Translations under genes and position numbers: made by a program | Assembly (NCBI GenBank): GCA_963666275.2 | Contig: CAXXOA010000002.1 | Coordinates: 160,001-224,000, forward strand | Source of the DNA: Oceanispirochaeta sp. | GTDB taxonomy: Bacteria; Spirochaetota; Spirochaetia; DSM-2461 | Length of the DNA stretch: 64,000 nucleotides | Reading direction: 5' to 3' | The notes under the pieces: model-generated | The model's input: the letters and a program-made list of their open reading frames with translations, nothing else | The model's database searches: none | What the model was told of the DNA's origin: nothing | Part shown: positions 31,401 to 39,383 of the stretch, piece by piece | Position numbering within the stretch: the first letter of the stretch is position 1 | How the letters are laid out: every line of letters begins with the position of its first letter

Positions 31401-31933
31401 ATAGTCCCGTAGGCTCTGCCTTCCTCCCAGGGAGAGACTAAAGCCCGGCAGTTCATGCCGTAATGGTTGAAAAGTCCGGCGATGCTGTCGGCCAGATCAA
31501 AAAGCCTCCCCGAACGGACCCGATTCTGCTCTTTGGGATTCTCGGGATCCCCGGAATGAACATAGCGGAAGAGTTCCCCGTACACAGGGTCATCTTCTGT
31601 AATCCCTGCCATGAGAGTCTCCAGGATCTGAAAGAGGATAAGTTTCATGTTATCCAGAAAGAGGACAGGTTTCTCCGGCTCTCCCAGCAGATCCCGGGCA
31701 CCGGGATAGCCTGAACAGAACTCACGAAGAGCATTCTCAGGCATAAAATAGGTAAAATCTCCACTGATGCCCCTGATCCTGGCAAGTTCCAGTTTCAGCC
31801 ACTCCCCCATATTTCTGTTTTGCACCACAAGACAGAGGGTCTTGTCAAAAAGAGAATCGGGAAGAAATTTTTGAGGATATTTTTCTACAAACCCTTCAAG
31901 AGTATTGCTTTGATAGATGTGGTATGCGCACAT
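28460..31933 (-). CDS. recC: Exodeoxyribonuclease V gamma subunit
   Basis: YQSNTLE, VVQNRNMGEWLK, REIEVLKD, APDINEYAPF, LKPLRAIPFK..VLGLNEG.FP, DKYAFLETLLSA; upstream of recB-recD. Confidence 0.92.
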   Translation of the reverse strand: MCAYHIYQSNTLEGFVEKYPQKFLPDSLFDKTLCLVVQNRNMGEWLKLELARIRGISGDFTYFMPENALREFCSGYPGARDLLGEPEKPVLFLDNMKLILFQILETLMAGITEDDPVYGELFRYVHSGDPENPKEQNRVRSGRLFDLADSIAGLFNHYGMNCRALVSPWEEGRAYGTMPEGMRKHELWQRHLWNLLFHSDQPYLHLSKILSVVMKSGAPYDGVIRRVVLFGSSFLGDTGLNFFHHLSKDIEVDHFILSPSRTYSRWKGDVSHPLLKSWSTLIGGFATLSEGFDNPDRQNEYIPVEEDSLLHILQSDILEDRIPSEKRVLDSRDHSFSIHTFTSRWREIEVLKDLVLNALNRDPDLNLTEICILAPDINEYAPFLEALFPSRDGDHPGRDHLPYNIVDLNGTSDSPFIQGFLQLFSLPGEKFTRKDLFQLFDNPCFCEAFQINRDERDFWLDLCESLNIKWGMDRVHKQDFFPEATDFNSWEEGFRRLRDGFFLEEQDDPGLPYTLQDETGNQSAGKLMDLVEGLFHDFYELNRINLPLEKWVLLAEALMESYLVPRDGEGQDSSDRWRLKGTFRDLISLSEETLNPEGGGGDLNFPVFRTLLTEFVRKSGGERGRYLTQGVTCSSLKPLRAIPFKRIYVLGLNEGVFPGEDLQLSFDLRELVQQTIDLSRRGSDKYAFLETLLSASDALTLFYHDRDPVRGETLQPSVLISELLEYLDGTFAFPDGQSARETLVVRESIHNYDLQYFSGPEESLSFNEGALKSARIAALPEKEELPRIGLNREVPEKSPVMTLRELEQFLGNPGAYYYRKALGIYLEDRDNREEESQENWESPFLDRYLYLKGILDDPSGLEDPEALDRYLSDQQKRGRLPDSQLVFLEKDFYSERLEEIRKQLEEKGLSRGLADPRDYLISPEDMVYQSYRDETLHPPVIIPHLDISLPDGSALSLSGLLEELSPSADTPGEWETLEYCESGEPSVRHYMKSLIKCLVMNALRENRMIPRIESLKLYLVGKRSFPARVFSLSDPGGSGSGDILLSGGADRLARLLLFCRDQIEQPLMVYPELGEVLAESLASHPDMTSSRLAELFSQTWLEKAEPSAFSPHSPFAQCLYRRQFMDTPPETDPERLREFVELVYLPFFARSRESGDV

Positions 31934-31936
31934 GTC

Positions 31937-32383
31937 CTACCGGACGCGGCGGGCCAGGGTCCAGATGGAACAGAGAATAATCGTGTCCATGGAAACATTG
32001 AGGAGCCAACTGGAAAGATCCGGCTGAAAGGAAATGTTTCCATTACTTATGACGAGCTCTGTCATAAACCGCATCATCACCAGCCTGACCAGCCAGAAAA
32101 GGAAAATCAGAACGGATGAAACAGTCACAAGACGGGAATCCCCGAAATTGAAGAGCCCCAGAAGCAGAAGAAGGCCGGAAACCAGACTGAATATACCGAA
32201 TATAAGTTCAGTCTTCTGAACAGCCGGATATTCGGGATTGAAAAAACGGGCAACTTCTCTGGCAAAACCGGTGTTCTGGGAAACAGAATACATAATCCCC
32301 TGTAATCCGAGGATAAGGAAAAAGACTGCTATAGCGAGCTGAAGAAAAAAAAGTGATGTCATTCCTGCATTCTGTCTTCTCAT
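31937..32383 (-). CDS. Hypothetical membrane protein (about 4 TM)
   Basis: Four hydrophobic segments; AGGAG RBS before ATG 32383; stop 3 nt before the recC start. Confidence 0.75.
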   Translation of the reverse strand: MRRQNAGMTSLFFLQLAIAVFFLILGLQGIMYSVSQNTGFAREVARFFNPEYPAVQKTELIFGIFSLVSGLLLLLGLFNFGDSRLVTVSSVLIFLFWLVRLVMMRFMTELVISNGNISFQPDLSSWLLNVSMDTIILCSIWTLARRVR

Positions 32384-32467
32384 GCAAAGTTCTCCTGGGT
32401 TTGTGTATACTGATGTTGATCGGTTCTGCCTATAAAATATCATAGTTTTTCCCATATAGGCAATTCA

Positions 32468-32796
32468 TTATTCACGACTTTTCCACAGCCCATAATCCCT
32501 TCAGAGCCAGCAGAGAGGTTTTATCCCCAAACTATCAACTTTTTTCCACAGTTTATCCACAGGCCCTGGAATTTGATTCAGTTATCCACAAGAACTGAAA
32601 TATCCTTAAAAAACCTCTAAAACAGCTGATTTCCGGCAAAAAAGCCGATTTTTTCAAGCTTTTGTGCCCTCAGAAGTGAGAAAGTCCTTTTTTTATTCAC
32701 AGATACCACAGGGTTTTCCCCAGTTTATCCACAAGAGCCGGGGAATAAAACAGATTTCATATCTGTTCCGGCAATTTTATCCACAGATTATCCACA
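32468..32796 (+). promoter_or_regulatory. DnaA-box cluster
   Basis: TTATCCACA at 32553, 32582, 32725, 32777, 32788; TTTTCCACA at 32479, 32542; TTATTCACA at 32693; near-matches at 32468, 32521, 32714. All on the + strand. Confidence 0.9.
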
Positions 32797-33022
32797 GTAA
32801 AAATCTCTCAGGGTTTTGCGGTTTTGACAAAAAAAAAGATTCAATACCGGGCGAAAATATAAAAAAGGATTATACTTAGAGTATGCGGTATGAGTTTGAA
32901 TATTTTTACATATACAACGGAAGACTATTAATGAGTGAAACCATTGAAACAATGGAAGAACTTCTGGATTTGGCCGCTATTGATAAACAGCGGGCCGAGA
33001 AAGGGCACAGCAGAAAGGAAAA

Positions 33023-33559
33023 CTACTCGGAAAGGTCCTCAAGGCCTGCCAGTTCTTCCAGATAGATGCCGCTGCGCTCCACATAATTGATGCCGTTTCG
33101 CCTGATAGCGTCTATCATGGATGGCTTCAATTCTTTCAGAACCTTTGCGGGAGATCCCACTACAAGAGAACCGGGGGGGACTTTCATCCCCTGGGATACC
33201 AGAGAGTTTGCCGCGACAAGAGAGTTTTCTCCAATTTCCGCCCCGTTTAGAACTGTGGCATTCATCCCTATAAGGCAATTATCCCCCACAGTACAGCCAT
33301 GAAGAACGGCACTATGCCCCACGGTGACTCCTTCACCCACGGTACAGGGAACATTCTCGTCAACATGGACAACGCAACCGTCCTGAATATTGCTGTTCCT
33401 GCCTATGCTTATGGAATCCACATCACCCCGTATGACAGCATTGAACCAGACATTGACTCCTTCTGCCAGAGTGACATTTCCTATGATATCTGCCGAGGGA
33501 GCCAGAAACCCGACATCCCCGGAAATTTCAGGAGTTTTGCCTTTCAGTTTATAAATCAT
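33023..33559 (-). CDS. Gamma-class carbonic anhydrase family (YrdA/PaaY-like) protein
   Basis: APSADIIGNV, VWFNAVIRGD, NIQDGCVVH, TVGHSAVLHGC, LIGMNATVLNGA hexapeptide repeats with metal-ligand His residues. Confidence 0.93.
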   Translation of the reverse strand: MIYKLKGKTPEISGDVGFLAPSADIIGNVTLAEGVNVWFNAVIRGDVDSISIGRNSNIQDGCVVHVDENVPCTVGEGVTVGHSAVLHGCTVGDNCLIGMNATVLNGAEIGENSLVAANSLVSQGMKVPPGSLVVGSPAKVLKELKPSMIDAIRRNGINYVERSGIYLEELAGLEDLSE

Positions 33560-33579
33560 TCCTTAATACCTCTTCATAT

Positions 33580-34386
33580 TCACGGAGCAGACGGTTCATC
33601 AACAACGGGAAAATCCCATTCCTTCAGTCTGGATTCAATAAAATCAAGAACAGCCTGATGCTCCTGCTTCCCCCGTCCTTCCACAGGAAGGGCCTGACCG
33701 ATGGAAAACCGGATTGTTTTCTCGGGATAAATAGGTCCGAAATAGGATGAAACTTTTCCGGGAGCCATAAAATCGGTCTTGATCGCAACAGGCAGGACTT
33801 TTGCCCCTCCCCGCGCGGCAAGTTTGACTCCCAGAGAGTTAAAACTTTTCCTTTCGAAATAGCTTTTCCTTGTTCCCTCGGGAAACAGAACAATAGAACG
33901 CCCCTTCTTTAGATGCTCAACCCCTTCACTCATGATCTTATCCAGGTCAGCTTTCAGGTTCTGCCGGGTCAGTCCGATACTTTTGGTTGCTGTGGCAATA
34001 GGCCCGAAAAGCCAGGAATTGTAAAGACTCTCTTTCATTACCACACTCAGGGGTGTAAAACTTCCTATGATCCAGGGAAAGAGCTGGGTTTCCAGAACAC
34101 CCATATGATTGGCCACCACAACAAAGGGGCCCTGGGTATGCAGATTGGAAAGGCCTTCGATCACAAATTTTCCGCCGTAATGCTCCATGACCATGCGGAT
34201 CTGATCAGACTGATCCCAGAATGCTTTATCCGGAAACTGTCCTCTCAGAGACATTTTTCTGCATCTGAGGACAATCTTGAAAAAATCGATATAAAGGGCC
34301 AGTCTTCTTCCGAAAATTAGCCTTTTAGGGGACAGCCTGACATCATCAGGGGTTTCATAAGTCTCAAAAAGAGATAAATCCAGCAT
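33580..34386 (-). CDS. Lysophospholipid (PlsC-like) acyltransferase
   Basis: VVVANHMGVLE, VMKESL, VLFPEGTR, VLPVAI blocks. Confidence 0.88.
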   Translation of the reverse strand: MLDLSLFETYETPDDVRLSPKRLIFGRRLALYIDFFKIVLRCRKMSLRGQFPDKAFWDQSDQIRMVMEHYGGKFVIEGLSNLHTQGPFVVVANHMGVLETQLFPWIIGSFTPLSVVMKESLYNSWLFGPIATATKSIGLTRQNLKADLDKIMSEGVEHLKKGRSIVLFPEGTRKSYFERKSFNSLGVKLAARGGAKVLPVAIKTDFMAPGKVSSYFGPIYPEKTIRFSIGQALPVEGRGKQEHQAVLDFIESRLKEWDFPVVDEPSAP

Positions 34387-34415
34387 TCTAGAATTCTCCG
34401 AAATAGTTTTTTAAG

Positions 34416-35210
34416 TCAGAATGGTAGATGCCACTGGTAGTTTTTAATACGGGATGTATAACCCGACTCCCAGGCAGCTTCCTCCTGTGCGGACAGGTCA
34501 TTAAAGGATAGGTCAACACGCTCCAGCTGATTGAGAAGTTCCAGTCCGGAGGGAACAGTCCGAAGGGAATTCCCGGAAAGATCCAGCTCATTCAACCGCA
34601 GAAGTCCTTCCAGTGAGAAGTCAATGGATTTCAGATTATTACCTGACAGATCCAGAATCTTCAGCTTCTTAAGCCTGCCAAGTTGCTCCGGAAGTTGTTC
34701 AAGTTCATTATCCGCAGCACTAAAATACACCAATTGCCTGTATTTGACTATACCCGGAGGGAGGGATTTGAGCCTGTTCCGGCTCAGTTCTATAAACCTC
34801 AGCCTCCGCAGTTCCAGCAGCTCTTCAGGGAAATCACTCAGTCCGGCATCGGTCAGGCTTATCCCCTTGAGGGAGGGGCAGAATCTGAGCCCCTCAGGAA
34901 GCCTGAAAGGCTCATCTCCTGTCCGGGTGGAAAAAGAGAAGAACTCGATTCTATAAAACCACAGGGGTTTGTCTTTCATGAGGGTAAGGATCTTCCAGAA
35001 GCTGTAATCAGAATAAACTGTTGTCTCTCCTGAATCATCCCTTAAAAAAGGGGGAATCTGGACCGAGCCGTCAGAAAGAACGAGAGTCTGCTTCAGCAAT
35101 AGGGGGAAAGTTTCCCTCTGCTCCATTTCCAGAAGTGTCAGAAGGGAGTCGATTCGTTCATAAGGCCCGTTAACAAGGCAGTTTTTCAGAGTTCTGGCAG
35201 CATCCAGCAT
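34416..35210 (-). CDS. Leucine-rich repeat protein
   Basis: Repeated LxxLxLxxNxLxxLP units in the C-terminal half. Confidence 0.9.
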   Translation of the reverse strand: MLDAARTLKNCLVNGPYERIDSLLTLLEMEQRETFPLLLKQTLVLSDGSVQIPPFLRDDSGETTVYSDYSFWKILTLMKDKPLWFYRIEFFSFSTRTGDEPFRLPEGLRFCPSLKGISLTDAGLSDFPEELLELRRLRFIELSRNRLKSLPPGIVKYRQLVYFSAADNELEQLPEQLGRLKKLKILDLSGNNLKSIDFSLEGLLRLNELDLSGNSLRTVPSGLELLNQLERVDLSFNDLSAQEEAAWESGYTSRIKNYQWHLPF

Positions 35211-35404
35211 CAGTTCAGATCCCAGGGATCGCCTTCCAGTTCCTCTTCTGTGTCTCCATAATGCCTGTCCCAGGACTCTGAATCCATATCATCGTATTCA
35301 TCGCCCCAGTCGGAGTCTTCGTCTTCATAATCGTCATCGGGTTCCAGATCATCTAAAGACAAGGTGTCATCTTCATCATCTTCTTCATCTTCAAAGATGG
35401 ACAT
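35210..35404 (-). CDS. Small, extremely acidic protein (64 aa)
   Basis: GGAGG RBS before ATG 35404; 34 of 64 residues are D/E; stop overlaps the LRR start (TGATG). Confidence 0.7.
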   Translation of the reverse strand: MSIFEDEEDDEDDTLSLDDLEPDDDYEDEDSDWGDEYDDMDSESWDRHYGDTEEELEGDPWDLN

Positions 35405-35522
35405 ACAGTGCCTCCAATCCAATAGGATTTTATGAAACATATAATAACCACAAAGAAAGTGAAAATCCAGAGTTTCCTTAATAATTCTTTAAATGATCCG
35501 ATATTAGAAACAGGAGTATTTT

Positions 35523-35696
35523 ATGGACAGATATGAAAAGATTCGTAAAGAAATTGAACAGATTGAAAGAGAACTGAACGAGCTCCGCTGTGCAGCTGGA
35601 ACAGGAAGAGTCAAAGGGTCTCTGAAGGAACTCAGCATGAAGAATGAAAAGATAAAATCTGCCTTTTCAAGCATATCCACAGCCATAAACGGCTGA
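35523..35696 (+). CDS. Small hypothetical coiled-coil protein (57 aa; below the ORF-track cutoff)
   Basis: CAGGAG RBS at 35511-35516, ATG 35523; translates MDRYEKIRKEIEQIERELNELRCAAGTGRVKGSLKELSMKNEKIKSAFSSISTAING*. Confidence 0.7.
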   Translation: MDRYEKIRKEIEQIERELNELRCAAGTGRVKGSLKELSMKNEKIKSAFSSISTAING

Positions 35697-35706
35697 TGAT
35701 GTACGC

Positions 35707-36222
35707 TTAATGCTGGCTGATAGAGAGGGGGCTGATGGAAACACGGCCTCCCAGGAATGAAACAGCATTCCCCAGATCATCCGAAAGGATATCCAGATCG
35801 CTTACTTTCAGAGAGGTGTAAAGGATGGAATGGTCCAGACCGTACCGTCTGATAGCATCTTCAAGCCCCTGTTTGAGCGAAACAGGCTCTGTATCATCCG
35901 AATTCAGGGCATTCGCCTTATCCACAAAAAACTGCCTGCCTTCCACCATCCAGGAACAGACATCTTCAAAAGGAAAGTCCTGACCCAGGGCAATCTGCCG
36001 GGGCTGAAAAAGCCTGGCCCTGATTGAAAAGGTAAAAGATTCCTCACCAATATTTTTCAGATAACGCTTATAGGACAGGTCATAACCAACCAGAGAGACC
36101 AGATAACGGTCAATGTTTTCCAGAGAGCGGATCAACAGTTCAATGGAGGGGAATAGATGATCCAGCCCTTCTGAACTTTTATCAAACTGAAACTCCAGTA
36201 TGTAATATCTGTCTTTTATCAC
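35707..36222 (-). CDS. Hypothetical protein (171 aa)
   Basis: ORF fills the gap; GTG start with AAGGA upstream; no motif recognised. Confidence 0.65.
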   Translation of the reverse strand: MIKDRYYILEFQFDKSSEGLDHLFPSIELLIRSLENIDRYLVSLVGYDLSYKRYLKNIGEESFTFSIRARLFQPRQIALGQDFPFEDVCSWMVEGRQFFVDKANALNSDDTEPVSLKQGLEDAIRRYGLDHSILYTSLKVSDLDILSDDLGNAVSFLGGRVSISPLSISQH

Positions 36223-36266
36223 CGTTATAGCAATCCTTCAGGAATAGTACCATAAGCTTGAGAATT

Positions 36267-36297
36267 AAAAAAGGACTGCCCTGTGTAGAGCAGTCCT
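36267..36297 (-). terminator. Intrinsic terminator after the fusA-ATPase unit
   Basis: AGGACTGC/GCAGTCCT stem followed by a U6 tract on the minus strand. Confidence 0.8.
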
Positions 36298-36320
36298 ATT
36301 GGTTTTTACCTATTTTTGCC

Positions 36321-37025
36321 TCACAATTCAGCAATCAGTAAGGTTTTCGGATCCAGTTTTAAAGAAAGATCCTCGGATACGAGATTCTTATGTTCTTTCA
36401 CCAGTTTGAGAACCATAAAACCGTCTTCAGCCCTGAGGGTTAAGATAACCGAAATATCATCAAGGTCTTTAATAAGGTTTTTGGGAACACCCCTGTCGTC
36501 CACATAAACCTGCCCGTCAGGGTAGGAATCGCTGAACCACAGTTCTATATCAGATTCCACAGCAAAAGCTTTGAATTTTTTAATATCCTCAGCCGTTCCT
36601 TTGGTGAAATCGTATCCGTCAATAATAACAGCATCGGTACCGCGCTGTCCGTTGTCCATCATGGCTTTAATGCTGGCCAGTACCTGGTCTACACTTACAC
36701 CACTCTGGTTGAAATTCATAATGACACGATTTCTTATCAGTTCATCATGAACATCCATTGCCTTTTCAAGATCCCTCTTTTTGGCAATTTCTTTAAAAAT
36801 GTCTTCATACCATGTAACAATATGATCGACCTTATTGGAATAGGAAGCATGAATCACATGCTTATCCCGCATCAGTTTGTCAGTAGCAATGTGTACAAGA
36901 CAGGCTGTTTTGCCGATCCCCTGTTTGGAGGCAATAACGGCAATATTTCCTTTACCCACGCCCCCGTCAACAGCCTTTTCGAGACTTCTGAGAGGACTTT
37001 TATTGGTCAGTTCAGTTTTTACCAT
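36321..37025 (-). CDS. RecA/KaiC-like P-loop ATPase domain protein of unknown function
   Basis: DGGVGKGNIAVIASKQGIGKTA (Walker A), AVIIDG (Walker B), ELWFS; AAGGAG RBS. Confidence 0.75.
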   Translation of the reverse strand: MVKTELTNKSPLRSLEKAVDGGVGKGNIAVIASKQGIGKTACLVHIATDKLMRDKHVIHASYSNKVDHIVTWYEDIFKEIAKKRDLEKAMDVHDELIRNRVIMNFNQSGVSVDQVLASIKAMMDNGQRGTDAVIIDGYDFTKGTAEDIKKFKAFAVESDIELWFSDSYPDGQVYVDDRGVPKNLIKDLDDISVILTLRAEDGFMVLKLVKEHKNLVSEDLSLKLDPKTLLIAEL

Positions 37026-37037
37026 TGGTTTCTCCTT

Positions 37038-39131
37038 TTATTTCTGCTGAGCTCTTCTTTCTTCTTCGTACTTCCTAACCAGCTCGTCAGTTACACTCTG
37101 GGGAACTTTACCGTATTTGGCGAACTCCATGGTGAACTCGGCTTTACCCTGGGTAGAAGAACGAAGGACGGTGGAGTAACCGAACATCTCGCTCAGAGGA
37201 ACTTCCGCTTCAACAACACAGTAATTTCCTTCTTCATTGGATGCTACAATCATACCACGTCTCTGGTTCAGTGTACCGAAAATATTTCCCTGGAATTCCG
37301 AGGGACCTTCAACACTGACCTTCATGATAGGCTCGAGGATAACAGGCTTGGCCTTTTTGTAGGCTTCACGGAAAGCTCCGAGACCTGCTGTCTGGAAAGC
37401 CTGGTCGGAAGAGTCAACAGGGTGAAACTGACCGTCCACGATTGTCATCTTAACACCGACGACAGGGGCTCCGATCAGGGAACCTTTCTGCATGGCAGTC
37501 TGAAAACCTTTATCACAGGAGGGGATATATTCTGTAGGGATAGATCCACCCTTGATCTGGTTTACAAATTCGTATTCTTTCTCATCATCTTCCAGAACTT
37601 CCATGATACCCGCAACTCTAGCGTACTGACCGGAACCACCGGTCTGCTTTTTATGGGTATAGTTAAACTCGGCAGAAGTGGAAATGGCTTCTCTGTAAGC
37701 TACCTGGGGAGCACCGGTCTCCACTTCAGCTTTGTACTCTCTCTTCATCCTTTCGATATAAACTTCCAGGTGAAGCTCTCCCATTCCGGAGATGATAGTC
37801 TCGTTGGATTCGGGATCCACATGAGTTCTGAAAGTGGGGTCTTCCTTGGTAAATCTGTTGAGAGCCTTGGCCATCTTATCAGAAGCGGACTTATCAACAG
37901 GTTTGATAGAAAGAGAGATAACCGCGTTAGGAACAAACATGGAAGTCATGGACAGGTTCAGTGAAGAGTCACAGAAGGTGTCACCCGAGGCACAGTCAAC
38001 ACCGAAAAGGGCAACAATGTCACCGGCAGGTGCTTCTGTAATATCTTCCATTGTATTGGAGTGCATTCTTACAAGACGACCGATCTTGAATTTCCGTCCA
38101 TTACGAACGTTAATCATATCGGCACCTTTTTTGATAACACCCTGGTATACACGGATATATGTCAGCTGTCCGTACTGTCCGTCTTCCAGCTTGAATGCCA
38201 GAGCGACAGGAGGTTTGGAAGCATCTGAGGGAAGGATAACTTCCTCTTCGTTATTATCCAGATCAAGAGCTTTGTTTTCTACATCCGGAGGAGCAGGCAG
38301 ATAGCGGAGAACCGCATCCATCATTTCCTGAACACCTTTGTTTTTATAGGCGGATCCGAGATAAACAGGAACCAGTTCCAGATTGATGACAGCTTTTCTG
38401 ATGGTGGCGTGAAGGAGTTCTTCGGGGATCTCTTTCTCTTCCATCATGAGTTCCATAATTTCTTCACTGAACATGGAAACTGTATCGAGCATCATCTCCC
38501 GTCTTTCATCGGCTTCGGCCTGAAGTTCAGCGGGAATCTCTTCAACACGGATCTGTTCACCGTCATTTCCATCGAAATAAACAGCTTTCATACGGACCAG
38601 GTCGATAACACCTTCCAGTTTCTCTTCCAGTCCGATAGGAACCTGCATCATGACAGAGTTCAGGTCCAGTTTTTCTCTGAGCTGATCACAGACTTTGTAG
38701 GGATTCGCTCCGGTACGGTCGCTCTTGTTGACAAAAGCGATTCTGGGAACGCCGTATCTTTTCAGCTGTCTGTCAACGGTAATTGACTGAGACTGTACAC
38801 CACCGACGGAACACAGAACAAGAACGGCTCCATCGAGAACCCGGAGAGCTCTCTCGACCTCGATAGTAAAGTCAACGTGACCCGGAGTATCGATAATGTT
38901 GATATCATGATCTTTCCAGGTAACATTTGTAGCGGCAGAGGCAATTGTGATACCTCTCTCTTTTTCCAGCTCCATGGAGTCCATGGTAGCTCCAACCCCA
39001 TCTTTTCCTCTAACTTCGTGAATGGCGTGAATTTTCTGACAGTAGAAAAGGATCCTTTCTGTCAGAGTTGTTTTACCTGAGTCGATGTGGGCGCTGATTC
39101 CGATATTACGCATCTTCGTGATATCTTTCAT
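37038..39131 (-). CDS. fusA: Elongation factor G (spirochaete/mitochondrial EF-G1 type)
   Basis: [73 protein letters not shown]. Confidence 0.96.
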   Translation of the reverse strand: MKDITKMRNIGISAHIDSGKTTLTERILFYCQKIHAIHEVRGKDGVGATMDSMELEKERGITIASAATNVTWKDHDINIIDTPGHVDFTIEVERALRVLDGAVLVLCSVGGVQSQSITVDRQLKRYGVPRIAFVNKSDRTGANPYKVCDQLREKLDLNSVMMQVPIGLEEKLEGVIDLVRMKAVYFDGNDGEQIRVEEIPAELQAEADERREMMLDTVSMFSEEIMELMMEEKEIPEELLHATIRKAVINLELVPVYLGSAYKNKGVQEMMDAVLRYLPAPPDVENKALDLDNNEEEVILPSDASKPPVALAFKLEDGQYGQLTYIRVYQGVIKKGADMINVRNGRKFKIGRLVRMHSNTMEDITEAPAGDIVALFGVDCASGDTFCDSSLNLSMTSMFVPNAVISLSIKPVDKSASDKMAKALNRFTKEDPTFRTHVDPESNETIISGMGELHLEVYIERMKREYKAEVETGAPQVAYREAISTSAEFNYTHKKQTGGSGQYARVAGIMEVLEDDEKEYEFVNQIKGGSIPTEYIPSCDKGFQTAMQKGSLIGAPVVGVKMTIVDGQFHPVDSSDQAFQTAGLGAFREAYKKAKPVILEPIMKVSVEGPSEFQGNIFGTLNQRRGMIVASNEEGNYCVVEAEVPLSEMFGYSTVLRSSTQGKAEFTMEFAKYGKVPQSVTDELVRKYEEERRAQQK

Positions 39132-39310
39132 ATAATCATTAACCTCTCAAAAAATAAATTCGCCGGGGTGCGCGGAATGAAAAAAAGATCCCAACCTCCG
39201 ACCGAACAGCATCCGGCCGTTTGATCTAGGCCGCAGGAGTAACGCGGATTTACCGGTCTCTGTCATCCCGGCAAACTTCCGGATTGTTCAAAGCATATAA
39301 ATGTAGACGA

Positions 39311-39339
39311 ATTATATAGAGTTACCCCTCTTTCATCAA
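39311..39339 (-). promoter_or_regulatory. Sigma70-type promoter for fusA
   Basis: TTGATG-17 nt-TATAAT on the minus strand (-35 at 39339-39334, -10 at 39316-39311). Confidence 0.7.
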
Positions 39340-39383
39340 TACCCGGGCTTTGAGAAATCAGCAAACAATTTCCCTGTAGGAAA

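Noticed and set aside
32468..32930. Definitive oriC call
   Set aside because: No dnaA or dnaN, no change in gene orientation and no clear DnaA-trio run. Kept only as a DnaA-box cluster.
35210..35404. Pup/UBact-like modifier
   Set aside because: Lacks the C-terminal GGE/GGQ-type motif, and no ligase or proteasome genes are nearby.
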